A stretch of 63,858 bases of DNA, filler included, from Octopus bimaculoides (lineage: Eukaryota): assembly GCF_001194135.2 (NCBI RefSeq). It is 4 parts of 4 records of this genome, joined end to end, with 100 filler letters (N's around TTAATTAATTAA, not from the genome) between each part and the next. Parts side by side here need not be neighbours in the genome. Positions count along the whole stretch, not along the records: positions 1 to 31,393 come from NC_068984.1; 3 more parts are not named here. One strand, given 5' to 3'. Every line of letters begins with the position of its first letter. Within the stretch, counting starts at the first letter, position 1. Below the pieces are notes generated by a model that did not search any database, had not been told where the DNA came from, and saw only the letters and a program-made list of their open reading frames with translations. Made by a program: the position numbers and the translations under genes. Positions 12,823-26,874 of this stretch are shown piece by piece.

Positions 12823-13244
12823 TACATATTTTGTCTTGGTAAAAAAGATGGGCTACAGTAAATATTGTGCTCCATACCACAGATTTGCTTGTCAGTTGCT
12901 TGACCTTAACCAATTGAGCATGTCCCTTAGTTGCTGACGGTATGTGCATCTCTGATCATGGGTAGAAGTAGTGGGAGAGCATCATAGGCATGTGTTGTGA
13001 GGAATTATTTGGGGGTTTGAATAATTCACCTCTGGAAACATGGGTGTTTTGGTCAACATCCTTAAAACAAATTTTATTCAGGGATCTTTTGAGTGGAATG
13101 CGTTACTCAGCTTGAAGTAGAAAATTGTAACAGGGCCCCACCTGTAAGGTCATGCACTGTTTGCCTTCGTATATTTTATCCCAGTGTCAGTTTGATGACA
13201 TGCACTTGTCTCTTACTCAATGATGATGATGATATTAGTGTAAC

Positions 13245-13372
13245 AGAAGAAGAAGAAGAAGAAGAAGAAGAAGAAGAAGAAGAAGAAGAAGAAGAAGAAG
13301 AAGAAGAAGAAGAAGAAGAAGAAGAAGAAGAAGAAGAAGAATGAATGAATGAATGAATGAATGAATGAATGA
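13245..13372. repeat. (GAA)n followed by (TGAA)n
   Basis: Direct reading; source of the poly-E/poly-S ORFs. Confidence 0.95.
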
Positions 13373-13550
13373 ACAGCTTGGAATAATCAAACAATGACAG
13401 TGAGCTTTGAGTTGCCCGAAGACTTGTGATCCTGTGTCAGTTGAAATCCAGTTTGAACTGACCTAGATTTGGGAAAGACTTACAGCTTATTATATCAGAG
13501 GGACTTAGTTGTGAAGAGAAAGAATTCAGCGACATTTTTAGCACAAAGAA

Positions 13551-13572
13551 AGGGTTAGGGTTAGGGTTAGGG
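13551..13572 (+). repeat. Short interstitial (TTAGGG)n tract
   Basis: AGGGTTAGGGTTAGGGTTAGGG. Confidence 0.8.
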
Positions 13573-15494
13573 TAAAGATGATGGGGTGGAAGAGAATGTG
13601 ATTGGATGAGGGGGAATGGGTGGAGGGTCATTAACCAAGATCGTCAGTCTAGGGTGAGTCACCTTAAACACTTTTGACAAAATTTCTGTCAAAATTATTT
13701 CTAGAAAGAAAGTGTATCCACGAGGATTGAGTCAGCGTTTCGGTCAATGACTCTTCGAATCGGAGCTCATTCTCTGCAGCAAGAAAAACAACGAACGAAG
13801 TCATTAACATTCTACTAATCACAACAACTATGGAAGTAGAGGTAGAGGTAGTGGTGGTGGTGGGGAGAGGTTTAGGTAGTTGATTTAATCGATTGTTCCC
13901 TACCCGAAAAGTGGTGGCCTTATGTCAATATTAGAAATCAATATTCTAATAAATCTTGGTACTTTTTATGGTTCTCTCTTTTAGAAAGCACCGAAGTTAA
14001 GCATCGTTGAACGTATTTTCCACACATATGTATTAAACAGGCGATGAAAGCATCTGGTACAGGTAAGAAGTGCTCTACCAGTCCGTAATAATAAAAGCTC
14101 AAATAAACACTCATATACAAATATTGGGTTCTGTTTGGTTTTATGGTAAGTTTAGAATCGTCATAAATAGACATTCTCTGCTTCACTAACCTCCTTCTTG
14201 CTTTTATTTTGAGGACGTTGTTGGCGATGGCGATGAGGAAATGGTTTTTGACTTTAGGCTACGGTGGTGCATAAGTGAAGTTAATGGATAAGAAACATTG
14301 GATGTTAATATTTGGCAATATTACGGAGATAAGATAAACGTATATTGTTTTCATGAATGAGAATTTTATATGGGGTTTAGTGAGAGATTTCAGGAAGAGA
14401 AGAAACAGCAGGAGTTAAAAGGATGGGTATAAGTGAATATTTGTTGAGATGCAGTTAGATGAAACAGAACCAATTGTTATATTGAGACAATTACCTGAGA
14501 GGCTATTTGATAACAAGAAGTTCACTGGTCGCTTCTGAAGGAGATAAGTAAATGTGAAATATATAACTAAATTGTTTAGTTTCCTTCATGCGACGTTGGC
14601 AGAGCTGGATTGGCAGGATCGGTAGAATATCAGACAAAATGCATAACGATAGGTAATAATAAAACTTTACATGGATGTCTTGTTAGAATCCTGGATACAG
14701 CTTTATTAACCTTGATAGATCCTCTGATATAGGCGCTTGTTGCATAAACGCACACACATCGTCTGTCATGGGCGCCGGAATTTCCACATCCCGTGATTCC
14801 ATTCTACAGGAAATCATCAGTGGGAAACATCCGGTCATCGCATTTCAGTTAAGCCTCGCTGCTACTATATATAGAATTTTGGCATCTCTTCAGATACTGA
14901 TGCCGCAAACGCCAGCAGGCCTATTAAAAATTAATTATTAGTGACAGAAAGCAGTATTTACACCAAAAGGTAATCTTTACATCCAACGTAACATGGATGA
15001 CTTGTTTCAACATCAATTACTGCGTTATTAGCCTTGAAAGATCCTCTAACATAGGTGCATAACAATATGTAGTTACTGTTCTTTAATTTCCGATTTCAAA
15101 TCGTTTTGAGACCGACTTTAATTTTTAACATTACGAATACGAGAAGACAAATTCCAGTCAAATACTGGCGATGGTATAATTTAAGTTACCTCCCACAACA
15201 AAGTGTGTGTTTGTGTCAATATTAGAAATATGATATTCATGTTAGTAGTAATTTCAGAAATTATATTTTTCCACTGTTATTCGTATTCTGAACACGTTTC
15301 TTTTATCAACACATAAGGTTTCGGACAGTCTACAATCATCATCAGCTAGTATATATATATTTTTAGTTATTGTGGAAAAAAGGTAAAAAAAAAAGACGAA
15401 TAATTGGGGGGAAGACTTCTACACAATATTTAAAATAACTGTTGTTATCGAAAGGCAAACGGTTTAAGAATAAAGTTTATAATAAAGGTGCAGA

Positions 15495-15654
15495 CTTGGG
15501 TGTGTGGTAAGAAGCTTGGTTCGAAACCACATGGCTCTGGCTTCAGTCTCACCGCGCTGGACCTTAGGCAAGTGTCTTCTACTATAGCTTCGGGTCGACC
15601 AATGCGTTTGTGAGTGGATTTCATAGACGGAAACTGAAAGAAACCCGTCGTGTT

Positions 15655-15704
<50 letters not shown>
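15495..15704 (+). mobile_element. SINE family A 5' half ending in internal microsatellite at a gap
   Basis: Head/body homologous to 38063-38225, then (TA)/(CA) run and N gap. Confidence 0.8.
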
Positions 15705-17562
15705 NNNNNNNNNNNNNNNNNNNNNNNNNNNNNNNNNNNNNNNNNNNNNNNNNNNNNNNNNNNNNNNNNNNNNNNNNNATAATAATAATAATATTAAGGA
15801 TAAAATCCAAAATTACAGGTAAAAATTCAATTAGAATCAATTTATTAAAAAATTAAATTAAATTAAGTTTCACAGAATAAAATATATATAAATATATAGT
15901 TTTAGGGAAAAGAACCAAGGTTCATGAACTCATCGACGAAAATCCACTGTCACATATAGAAAAATTAATAATTAAAAGCACAATAAATGAGTATAATATA
16001 CTACAAAGTAAATATCATAAGATAAAGATAATAAAATGACTACACATGTTTCATAACTAATTTTCAAATAGAAAGGAAGTTTAAATCGATTAAAATCGAT
16101 TAAAACTATCGAAAATCAATTCCATTCAAAAATATAGCTAATCGTCAGGTCAAAATACAACAGTAATAATAAATGAATGTATATATCAACCAACAGTAAA
16201 TACCAAATGAATTTATGTAAAATACTTATTATATAAAGATAGAAAAATATTATTAAAAATATCAAAATAATAAACATTCCATAATCAACCCTACGTCCAT
16301 TATAATATATGCTAACAAGTATATTATATACAAAAACTAACTTAAATAAATTTTTTCGTTTAAAATATAATTTGAACGACGTTTAAGGTTAAAATAATAA
16401 TAAAGATAATATTGGCACATATTTAAACGATGCAATAGTTTAAGCTAGACTATTTAAGACTAAAAACGTTTATTTATCATTAAAAATCAATTGAATAATA
16501 AAAAAAATACAAGAAAACTTATTTTTTTTCAAACAATGATATAAAGTCTTTAAACAAAGTAAAAACTATACTAATTAAGATGTTGTTGCAGTTCAAACTG
16601 AAACTTAAACGTTATAACATATATACGCTATATAATATCAAATTCGCAAGTATGCACTGATACTGTGTTCCAATGCATAAACTTTATTAAAAATGTAAAG
16701 CAACCGTTGTTGTTGATGTTTTTTTGTTCTTCTCTGGCAGCAGTTCTTTACACATTGAGCAGACCGACTATCAAATATATTCCATATATGGCTACCACTT
16801 TTCTTTGTCTGGGATATTATACTGAACAGTACACTCTCCAAATGTGTCCTATTCATATTAAAAGACTAGAATGTGATCGAAGGGATATATGACTGCTATT
16901 TCTAGTAGAGCAAGCAACAGCGTAGTCTTCCATGTTAATTCGTAGACCATGGCTTTGTTTTTCTGGTTTTGGAACAGCATTTAATGTAGACAGCATATAT
17001 ATTTGTCGAAACATTAAAACGGACCTTCGAGGGATGAGCTGCATTGTAGCACATTTTGCAGCTGAGCTGAAAAATGGTGCAGCTACAAGAATTGAATAGA
17101 TGTATTATACAGAATCATTCATCCATCTACCAAGACAAGCATGTGCCTGTTCCACACGTGTCGCTATAAAGCAAGGGCAGAAAACCAATTATAGCTTCAT
17201 ATTGGTAACAGTAATAGAAATATGTTTAGCTTGAATGAAATGAAGTGCAAAGAAAATAATTTTAAAGCGGTGTATTTAATCAGAAACATTATCTTCTCTC
17301 TGTTTACTTGATATGATAATAGAAAAAAAGTAATAGTAAAGTGACACACCTGAGTTGTGTCATAATATATGTGGCCAAAATGTCAGCTTCCCGTTCCTCT
17401 GCCATCCGATATTTGATAATGTTTCTGGAGAAAACTGAGATATAACGTTGAATAATCACCTGGAAAATTACTGTTTATAATCATTGTTATAAACTAAAAC
17501 CAGGAGAGTAAGAGAGAAAGAGAGAGAAGCGTAAGAGAGAGAGAGGAGAGAGAGGGAAAGAG

Positions 17563-17613
<51 letters not shown>

Positions 17614-17998
17614 GTAGGAGAATGCGAGAGAGGCTGGTGACAATCATTATTTATGATGGAAAAGCGGTTGTCGAAAAACGAGATATTTTAGTATCTTTAT
17701 GATCAACAGATAAAGTTTCAGAATTAATTGTAAATTATAAACAAAATATAATAAAATAACAAAGTATATATTAACACAATATTCCCCCCTTCCCCCCACA
17801 AGCACACACACACATAGACATACACACATACAGACACTCTTTCACACAAACATATCTATGTGTGGAGCGTTAAATCTGAATAAACTTCCCTCAACCTTCT
17901 TCAAAATGTCTTCCCTTGTCTGAAAACAGTTTGACATTAAATACATCAAAATAGATTGCAAAAGGAATAAAAATTGATTAAATTCGACAGATGCAAAT

Positions 17999-18620
<622 letters not shown>

Positions 18621-18627
18621 ATTATTA

Positions 18628-18680
<53 letters not shown>

Positions 18681-18715
18681 AATATTATTATCATCACTAT
18701 TATTATTATTACTAT
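18621..18715. repeat. (ATT)n microsatellite, 5' flank of R4/Dong insertion
   Basis: Direct reading. Confidence 0.95.
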
Positions 18716-19319
18716 TATTTTATTTTTATTTTTACTACAAGATTTTTCTTTCTCAAAACCAAAAGTATTTTTGAAAAAAACGTACATTAAAACGTTTAAG
18801 TAAACACACATGCTAAATTAGAAGTAACATTTGCAGACGCTAGTGTTGTTAGATTTTGGACCATATCCATGCTCTGTGTTTATCCTCAAAGTCCTTACAG
18901 AAATCATTTCGTACCATTGCTGTTGTCCCGAGTAGAAATGAGAAGATAAATACTTTCCTTTACTATGCAGCAACTGGGAGCATTGGATGCCCTTTAGTTT
19001 TCGACTCACTTCTGCGCATCATTATAGTAATTTAGCATTGCTGTGTCAATAATTAGCCCGGCGAAATGCTTAGCGGTGACTGAAACAAGTAAAAAACAAA
19101 AAGAAAATATAACCAAGATTGTAACGCAAAACTTGAGGTTGGTGTACGTGGACAGAAGCTAAGAAAATATTGGGTTATTTGATATTATGTACGAGGATAG
19201 CCAAAAGGCAGACGTAAGTTGGAAACAGCTCTACAAAGACCGTCGAAACCTGCGGTGGTTAAACGCCAAAAATATATGGAACAATAATATCTCAGGTCGA
19301 AATAGGGCGGCTATCTGGT

Positions 19320-19510
19320 AAAATCGTGAGCACGTCGGGTAAAATGGTTAACGGCATTTCGTCTGTCTTTACGGTGTAAATTCAGATTCCACCGAAGTCG
19401 ACTTTACCATTCATAATTTCAGGGCCGACGAAATAAATACCAGTTGTTTATTGGGGTCGATGTAATCAACTTAGCACCAAAGTTGCTGGCCTTGTGCCAA
19501 AATTAGACAC
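19320..19510 (+). mobile_element. tRNA-derived SINE family B (other copies ~20830-20940 -, 27470-27640, 28718-28920, 30290-30480, 55770-55970 -)
   Basis: Shared GGCATTTCGTCTGTCTTTACG..GAGTTCAAATTCC..GAGGTCGAC/TTTT..GGGGTCGAT core seen in multiple window copies. Confidence 0.75.
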
Positions 19511-20049
19511 CAATATCTTAATTGGAATAAAAAATGGGGTGGTCACGAGTGGAATGCATGTGTTAAGTCTGCTTGTTCGCCTTTGACCTGAGACTACACA
19601 AGAACAAAGTGAGGAAAAGAATACATTCACGTGACACAAGAACGCAGATTTGCTATCAAACGGCAAACGTGACGAACAGTAGATTCAAAGAAGTTACTCT
19701 TAAAAAGACCCAGAAGCAATAAAAAAAAAGCTGAGGTAGAAGAAGTAGTCTTTCTCAAACGTTTATGTATCTTTCAAACACATCATCGCGAAAGTTACAA
19801 TAAGTTCTAACCCAGTATATAACTGGTAGATATCCTAGTGTCCCTTTGGAAGTGAAATTAAATAGTTTAAAAGAATAACGTTGCTGGACAAACCACTGTT
19901 GGCGAAACTTCGAAGTCAGAATAAATTAACTGAATAATATAGAAGCCATCTGTTGCTTGCACAGTAGTTAAGCAACAGCAATAACAACAGCAACAACCAT
20001 AACGTGGAGGAAACGTTCTCTATGGGACAAGCCCATCGTAGTTCAGGCT

Positions 20050-20400
20050 TCCGTCGCTAGAAGCCACTTGATGCGATCCTCAAGCATCAGTCTGTCGACC
20101 GGCCTCGTCAGGTGAAGCCATACTGCCACGTGGTGTGTCTTGTTTAACAGTGCTTGTCCCTTGTTTGTTGATTTTTGCAATTGCTGAAAAGAAGGAACAG
20201 CGTGCTTCCGTGAAATTCTGTTTTTTTGGTGAGGAAGTAAAAAAACGTATCACTTCGCAAGAGTTCCAGGACAGCTTCGAACAGCAGAAAACCGGCCTGG
20301 ACCGATGGATTGTTTCAAATGGAGAATACTTTGAAGGCGATAAAAGCGTATACATTAAAAACTAAGTGAATAAAATAATACCGTAAAATCCTAGTTTCTT
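20050..20400 (+). mobile_element. Internally deleted mariner element
   Basis: ORF 20135..20365 has mariner N-terminal AEKKEQRASVKFCF joined to C-terminal EFQDSFEQQKTGLDRWIVSNGEYFEGDK; no DDD core. Confidence 0.8.
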
Positions 20401-21084
20401 TTAGGTAGATTTGTATTTGGTGTTTATGTTTTGGATAATATTTGAGGAATATACGAATATATATTGAACAATTCTCGGTTTTATTCCACAGATTCCAGCA
20501 TGTATGTGTGAGGGAAAGTGTAGGTCTTGTTTCAACTGATGCCTGCGTAGAATCCTAGTCATACTGGATCATACATACGACAGGTATTAGAAACAGTCCT
20601 GAGGACAGTTGCGACGGTGGCGAGATTTGATCGTAAGACAAGAGTAAAATGAATGACTAAATTCCATTGGGTAAATTTTCTATGACGATATTCATCACAT
20701 GAAAGTGCGTGGCTTAATGGTTAGGATGTTGCACTCACGATTGCAATATTGTAGTTTCGATACCATGACTAGGCAATGGGTTTATTTTATCTTGAGCAAA
20801 ACACATCGTTAGAAATTGTTCGAGTCCACTAAAAAGACGAAGGCAAAGTCAACCACGACGGAGTTTGAACTCTGAAGGTAAAGACGGACGAAATGTCGCT
20901 AAGCATTTTGACCAGCGTGCTAAAGATTCTGCCGCTTTGTCGCCTTATGTCAGTCATTTTTATATCATGAGAACCGGGTAACCGGCCCCATGAGTCCTGA
21001 GAATCGAAAACAGTAACATGCAGCGGTCTTTACTTCATTACTTAAAGACAAAGCGTTTTAATACTTTTCCAATGCCAAAAGTGA

Positions 21085-21410
21085 AGTCGCGTGGCTTAGC
21101 GGTTAGCGCATTCGGCTCACGATTGTCATATCGCGAGTTCGAAACACGGTGGCGTATTGTGTCCTTGCGCAGGATGCTTTATTCTACGTTGATCTAGTCT
21201 ACTCAGCTGAGAAAGTTGAGCCGGGTCATAAATTTCGAAGGGCCGGCCTTGTCACATTCCCTGTCATGTTGAATCTCCTCGAGAACTACATTAATTACAC
21301 ACGTATCTGTGGAATGCTCAGCCACTTGCACGTTAATTTCACGAGCAGGCTGTTCCGTTGACTGGATCAACTGGAAGCCTCGTCGTTGTTACCGACGAAG
21401 TGCCAGTTCT
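21085..21410 (+). mobile_element. tRNA-derived SINE family C
   Basis: tRNA-like head GTGGCTTAGCGGTTAG..GAGTTCGAAAC and 3' body GCCTTGTCACA..CTCAGCCACTTGCACGTTAATTTCACGAGCAGGCTGTTC shared with 35131 and 42310. Confidence 0.8.
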
Positions 21411-21905
21411 TAACACCAAAATCTTGTACGGGACAATCTATACGTAGCAAAGAACTCAAGAACAAAAATCAATGAATGTTAAATTTACGACAAATCCGTG
21501 TGGTTAGGTTTACGTTTGTAAACTCCTATTAAACAGCCAAGTATAATTTATAACCAAGAATTTATATCCATGAATCTCTTGGTATCTCAACACTTTACAC
21601 CGGCGCTGCTAATAGATATTTAAAATCTCGATTAGGAATTAGGAACATAACGCCATCTTGATGTATCAGTTTCATTGCAAGACAATGAAATATAATCACA
21701 TGACGGATTTCATTCTATCTTTAGTTTTATTGTTATTATTTTCATTGTTATTATTATTTTATTTAATGCTATTTTTCTATTTCTGTTCCCACAATGGGAA
21801 TTTTTCCCGTTCTCAATGTTTCTATTGCTGTACGCTAAAGATGTTATACATACATACCTACACACGCACAGAGACACTGACACACACAGACACATATACA
21901 CACAG

Positions 21906-21953
<48 letters not shown>

Positions 21954-22644
21954 TGCATATGTGTGTATAAACGAATTCATAAACAAATATACGCAGATAA
22001 ATACAAGAAGCAGTTCTGTACAACAAACAATCGTCTCAATGAAACTGTCTCAAGTGATTTGACAAACCAAAAATAAGTAAATAAATACATAAATAGATAA
22101 ATATATAAATAAATGAAAAGATAGACAAATAAAAAAGATAAGGATAAAATATAAACAAACTAAAGAGAAAAGAAAAAGAAACTTCTTTCCTTTAGAAAAA
22201 AATTTAATAGTTTTTACTTTTTATCGAAGTAATGGCGTAATTTAGTATTGAGAGAGACGTAACGGTGAAAGGATGGGCATTCTAGGAAACGGCTCCAGAA
22301 ATTCTATAATATTACCAAAAACGGTTCAACTGGAATAAACAGCTTAACTATTTGTTCTTTAACTACTTAAGCCAACCCTGTTTCTTCTTGCATTCACTTA
22401 TAAAACTAACTGATGACGTTCACTAATTCACAAAGTTGGTTTTCTTTTCTATACTTAGCCGTTTCTCTTTTTTTTTTGTTAGTCTTTTTATTTCATTTTT
22501 TTTATGTGTCGTTTTTATTCCTGTAGGAAGCACTGAATATCGCTTAATTCCTTCACACACCACTAAAAAGAAGGGGAAGAAATAGACACACACACACACA
22601 CAGAGGCAGACGCTAACATACCGACAAATTACCTCACACGCGCT

Positions 22645-22730
22645 CTCTCTTATTCTGACTCTCTCTTATTCTGACTCTCCCTTATTCTGACTCTCTCTTA
22701 TTCTGACTCTCTCTTATTCTGACTCTCTCT
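22645..22730. repeat. 16-bp minisatellite (TTATTCTGACTCTCTC) x~5
   Basis: Direct reading. Confidence 0.9.
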
Positions 22731-22834
22731 AACTCTTTTCCTCTGTCACTTCCTCCTCCTCTCTCTCACTCTTTATTCTCTTTCGTAATCATGCAAACTT
22801 ACGGATTACATACATACATACATGCATACATATT

Positions 22835-22876
<42 letters not shown>

Positions 22877-24359
22877 NNNNNNNNNNNNNNNNNNNNNNNN
22901 NNNNNNNNNNNNNNNNNNNNNNNNNNNNNNNNNNNNNNNNNNNNNNNNNNNNNNNNNNNNNNNNNNNNNNNNNNNNNNNNNNNNNNNNNNNNNNNNNNNN
23001 NNNNNNNNNNNNNNNNNNNNNNNNNNNNNNNNNNNNNNNNNNNNNNNNNNNNNNNNNNNNNNNNNNNNNNNNNNNNNNNNNNNNNNNNNNNNNNNNNNNN
23101 NNNNNNNNNNNNNNNNNNNNNNNNNNNNNNNNNNNNNNNNNNNNNNNNNNNNNNNNNNNNNNNNNNNNNNNNNNNNNNNNNNNNNNNNNNNNNNNNNNNN
23201 NNNNNNNNNNNNNNNNNNNNNNCACACACACACACACACACACATATGTATGTATGTGTGTATGTATGTCATTATTCAGTTTATTTTAAGATTTCTTGCC
23301 AATAGAGAAAGAACCGGTTTCTAACCTAGATCCAAGGTTCCTTTATTGGAATTTCACCAACAGGGTATTTTTGTATGCATATATGTATGCATGTATGTAT
23401 GTATGTATGTACTTACGTATGTATGCATGTATGTATGTATGTATGTATGTACGTACGTATGTATGTATGTACGTACGTACGTATGTATGTATGTATGTAC
23501 GTACGTGTGTATGTATGTATGTACGTATGCGTGTACATGTGTATTGATTAAATGGTAAGAATGTCGCAAGAGAGCTGAATAGCAGAAGTTCTTCAGAGAA
23601 GAAACCTGCCTCAGGCAATTTTTTCAGCCCTTAATTTCTTATACTCTAAGAGGGCCGGGCCACATCCAGGTCATATCTCGTCTCTGCCCTTCTGTTGAAA
23701 CTTTGTAGCCACTTGTGTATCGGGGATTTGTGTATTTAAATCGTCTGCACCCTTCATTTAGTTGTAACTCCCCTCTTTCGACTCTGCTTTCAAGCTTATA
23801 CCTAAATAAGAAATAAGGCCTAGCATCTTCCACAGAAAGAGAACATCCATTATCTGTGCCCAGAGAAACAAGGAGCTTGTAATAATCTATGATGTATACA
23901 ACTTTATTTCACATTAAACAAGCCGACAAATATCGAAATTAAACGGATCAAATTATCTTTAACAGACAAGATTTACAAACTATAAATAGTTAGAAAGTTT
24001 ATACGCAACCCGCTGTAGACAGAATCATCGTATTCTAACTGGAAAGGAGGTGCACTTTTTATATAGCTTGTTTCTTTTATATAGCTTTTAGAAGATTAAA
24101 AAGCAGTCACATTGATTCAAAGTTTTCTAACCATGGAAATGAAACTTTTTGGCGAAACCTCTTATTTTAATGTGGAACTAAAATTTGCGCTGTATATGTG
24201 CGAGTATCCATTTATGTATGTATGGTTTTTCGTTGAGTTAGATTTAAGTTCTAGTGGGAGTTCAAGCCGGTTGCTAATAAAGCGACAAGTCTTTTTGAGT
24301 TAAGAGAGTTCCCGGTGTTTGTAAATCTGTGGTTGAGTTGGTGTGTTGTTTGATTTGTG

Positions 24360-24860
24360 GATGCCTTAAAACCGTGGATTCCGAAGATGTGCTCCAAGCT
24401 ATTGAGTCAAATCCGGTGAGACGCCCTCGGAGAGTTTCAGGTGAGCTCAGCATCTCACAGATGTATGCCATTGTGTGGCAAAAATATCCGGCATTGGTTA
24501 ACAGAAAGCGAAATTCTTCTGTAACTAGACAATGTAAAAACTCATTCAGTGAAAACGACTCGGAATAAACACCAAGAACTTGAAGGAAACGAACTGATGT
24601 CACAGCCATCATATATGAGGACCTAGCTCCCTCGGATTATGACTTGTTCCGATCCATGGCTCACTTCGTGCGCTCGTGATGCTTCGTCGACCAAGAGCAG
24701 GTAGAACTTCCGTGAAAGTTCTTCGTCTCGAAGGACTAGAACTTCAGTGAAGTTCTTCGCCTCGAAGGACAAGAACTGGTATCAGTTTGGAATAAAAGAA
24801 TTGGCAGAAAGGTCGCTTCATACGGTGCAACACGATGGCCTCTACTTTGAATTCTAAGCT
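24360..24860 (+). mobile_element. Mariner transposase remnant (HTH fragment + C-terminal catalytic region)
   Basis: VDSEDVLQAIESNP..RRVSGELSISQ, then DLAPSDYDLFRSMAHF (YSPDLAPSD motif) and WYQFGIKELAER...HDGLYFE*. Confidence 0.85.
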
Positions 24861-25184
24861 GCTTTTGTTGTATCTTGGTCAATAAGCAAATAAGGTGCCA
24901 TAAGAATACAAAACTTCTAACTCGACAAAATGCTTAGAAGTATTGTATATGGCAGCACATAAGGTGATTAAAATCGTCCCTTTATTCATCAAAGGATTTT
25001 AATGAATTTTAAGAACAGCAAATATTTCAATATTTTTATATGAATATAAGGATGAAAACATTACATCTGCTTGGTTAACAGTTGTACTACACAAGCAGAC
25101 AATCCAAGTTTGATCAGACGGGATGATACCCTTGGACATGTCTCCTGCCATAGCCTCGAGTCGACGCCGATCTCGTGAATGCAC

Positions 25185-25344
25185 CTGGGTAGCCGTGGCT
25201 GTGAGGTAAGCAGTTTGGGTCCCGACCACATGATCCCGCGTTCAGTTCCACTGCGTGGCACTTTAGGCACGTGTCTTCCACTATAGTCTCGGACCTATTA
25301 AAACCTTGTGAGTGATTTTGGTAGACAGAATATACATATACATG

Positions 25345-25404
<60 letters not shown>

Positions 25405-25610
25405 TGTGAGTGTGTGTATGTGTGTGTGTAATCGTCCCACCATCGCTAGGTAACCGGTGTCGGTATGTTTATATGGCTGTAACTTATCGTTTCGACAAAT
25501 GAGACCAATAACATAAGTATTAGGCTTTAAAAAGTCAATGACTGAAAATTCTTCAAGGCGGTGCTCCAGTATTGCCGCAGTCTAATAACTGAAACAACTA
25601 AAAGATAAAA
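25185..25610 (+). mobile_element. SINE family A, diverged full-length copy with internal (TG)n
   Basis: Head, central microsatellite and 3' TTCAAGGCGGTGCTCCAG..GCAGTC..ACTGAAAC tail. Confidence 0.8.
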
Positions 25611-26874
25611 GAGAAGTCCGTCAGATCTACTTAATCTGATCTTGGGTAGGAATCGTAATCCGTAACCCTGGTTTCACATCATCATGGCTAAGTAATGCCT
25701 TTAACAAAGCTCACTATTTAACTCCTGTCATCTGAAGGTGAGCCATGAATTGTTTTTCACTTCTGTATTTTCTCTCCCAATTCGAAAGGACTCGCAAGAA
25801 GCGCATATGTTCTCATTGCTCTTTCCACCTCTTATTAATCCATGGCGCTCAACTATTTCATTTGTTTATTTCGTGGTAGTTCATTCCAGCCAAAAACGAA
25901 CCACAATGCAGACTGGATTATTACTAGAGCTCTGCTACTATTTATGGTGCTAATATAAATATCGATGAAGTTAGAATTCTGAACTCTTATTACATTGCAG
26001 TTCATGAGTACATTTAGCTGCTGTATAAATTTAGCTGTCTGTATGCTTACGTGTGCATTGTCGGTAGATGTGCGCAATTAAGAAGACTGCGTGTACGGTT
26101 GTCTTTCTTAATAAGTCTTCCACTCATTTAGACAGAGACAACTTCAAATATAACTTAATCAGCTCCAACCTATTCAGTGTGGTTTCTCTTTAATAGGATT
26201 TGAAGACACCTGACCGAGACAGGCAAATCTTTACACCAAACTATTGACTCATTTATGTATTAAGTACTACGAACTTTAAGTGCAAAACACAGTGGAGAAT
26301 TTAATCCTGTCTTGCTATAAAAGATCGATTCTTAGTTCTATAAAATCGAAATAGCCTGTGATCATCCCGAAAAATCAATCAGCTATTCATTGATTGTGTC
26401 TCAGATAATTTAAATATTAAGTATATATTCATGTATGTATGTATGTATGTATGTATGTATGTATGTATGTATGTATGCATGCATGTATGTGTGTATTTAT
26501 GTATGTATGTATGTATGTATGTATGTGTGTATGTGTGTGCGTGCGTGTGTACGTGTGTGTGTGTGTGAGTGTGTGCATACACATTCATATTCACGTATAT
26601 ATGTATACGTTTGCGCTAGGAGCAGAAATTCCAACTTGATAACGAGTACTCAATATTCGTGTTGAGATCAACTGTCTCTATTTGTATATATTAATTTCCG
26701 TAAAATCGATAATTCAATCCTTAGAGGTGTCCGACGTATATCGATACGAACTAGTATGTAATTGTCAGGCCAGCTTTAAAGAGGTATTTTGTACTCCTCC
26801 ACAATTCTATAGTCGCAGTTACGGCTGTGGTAAGAAGTTTGCTTCCAAACCACATGTCTCCGAGTTCCGTCCGG

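Noticed and set aside
23560-23880. Minus ORF 23639..23833 as a retroelement or gene fragment
   Set aside because: No motif I can identify.
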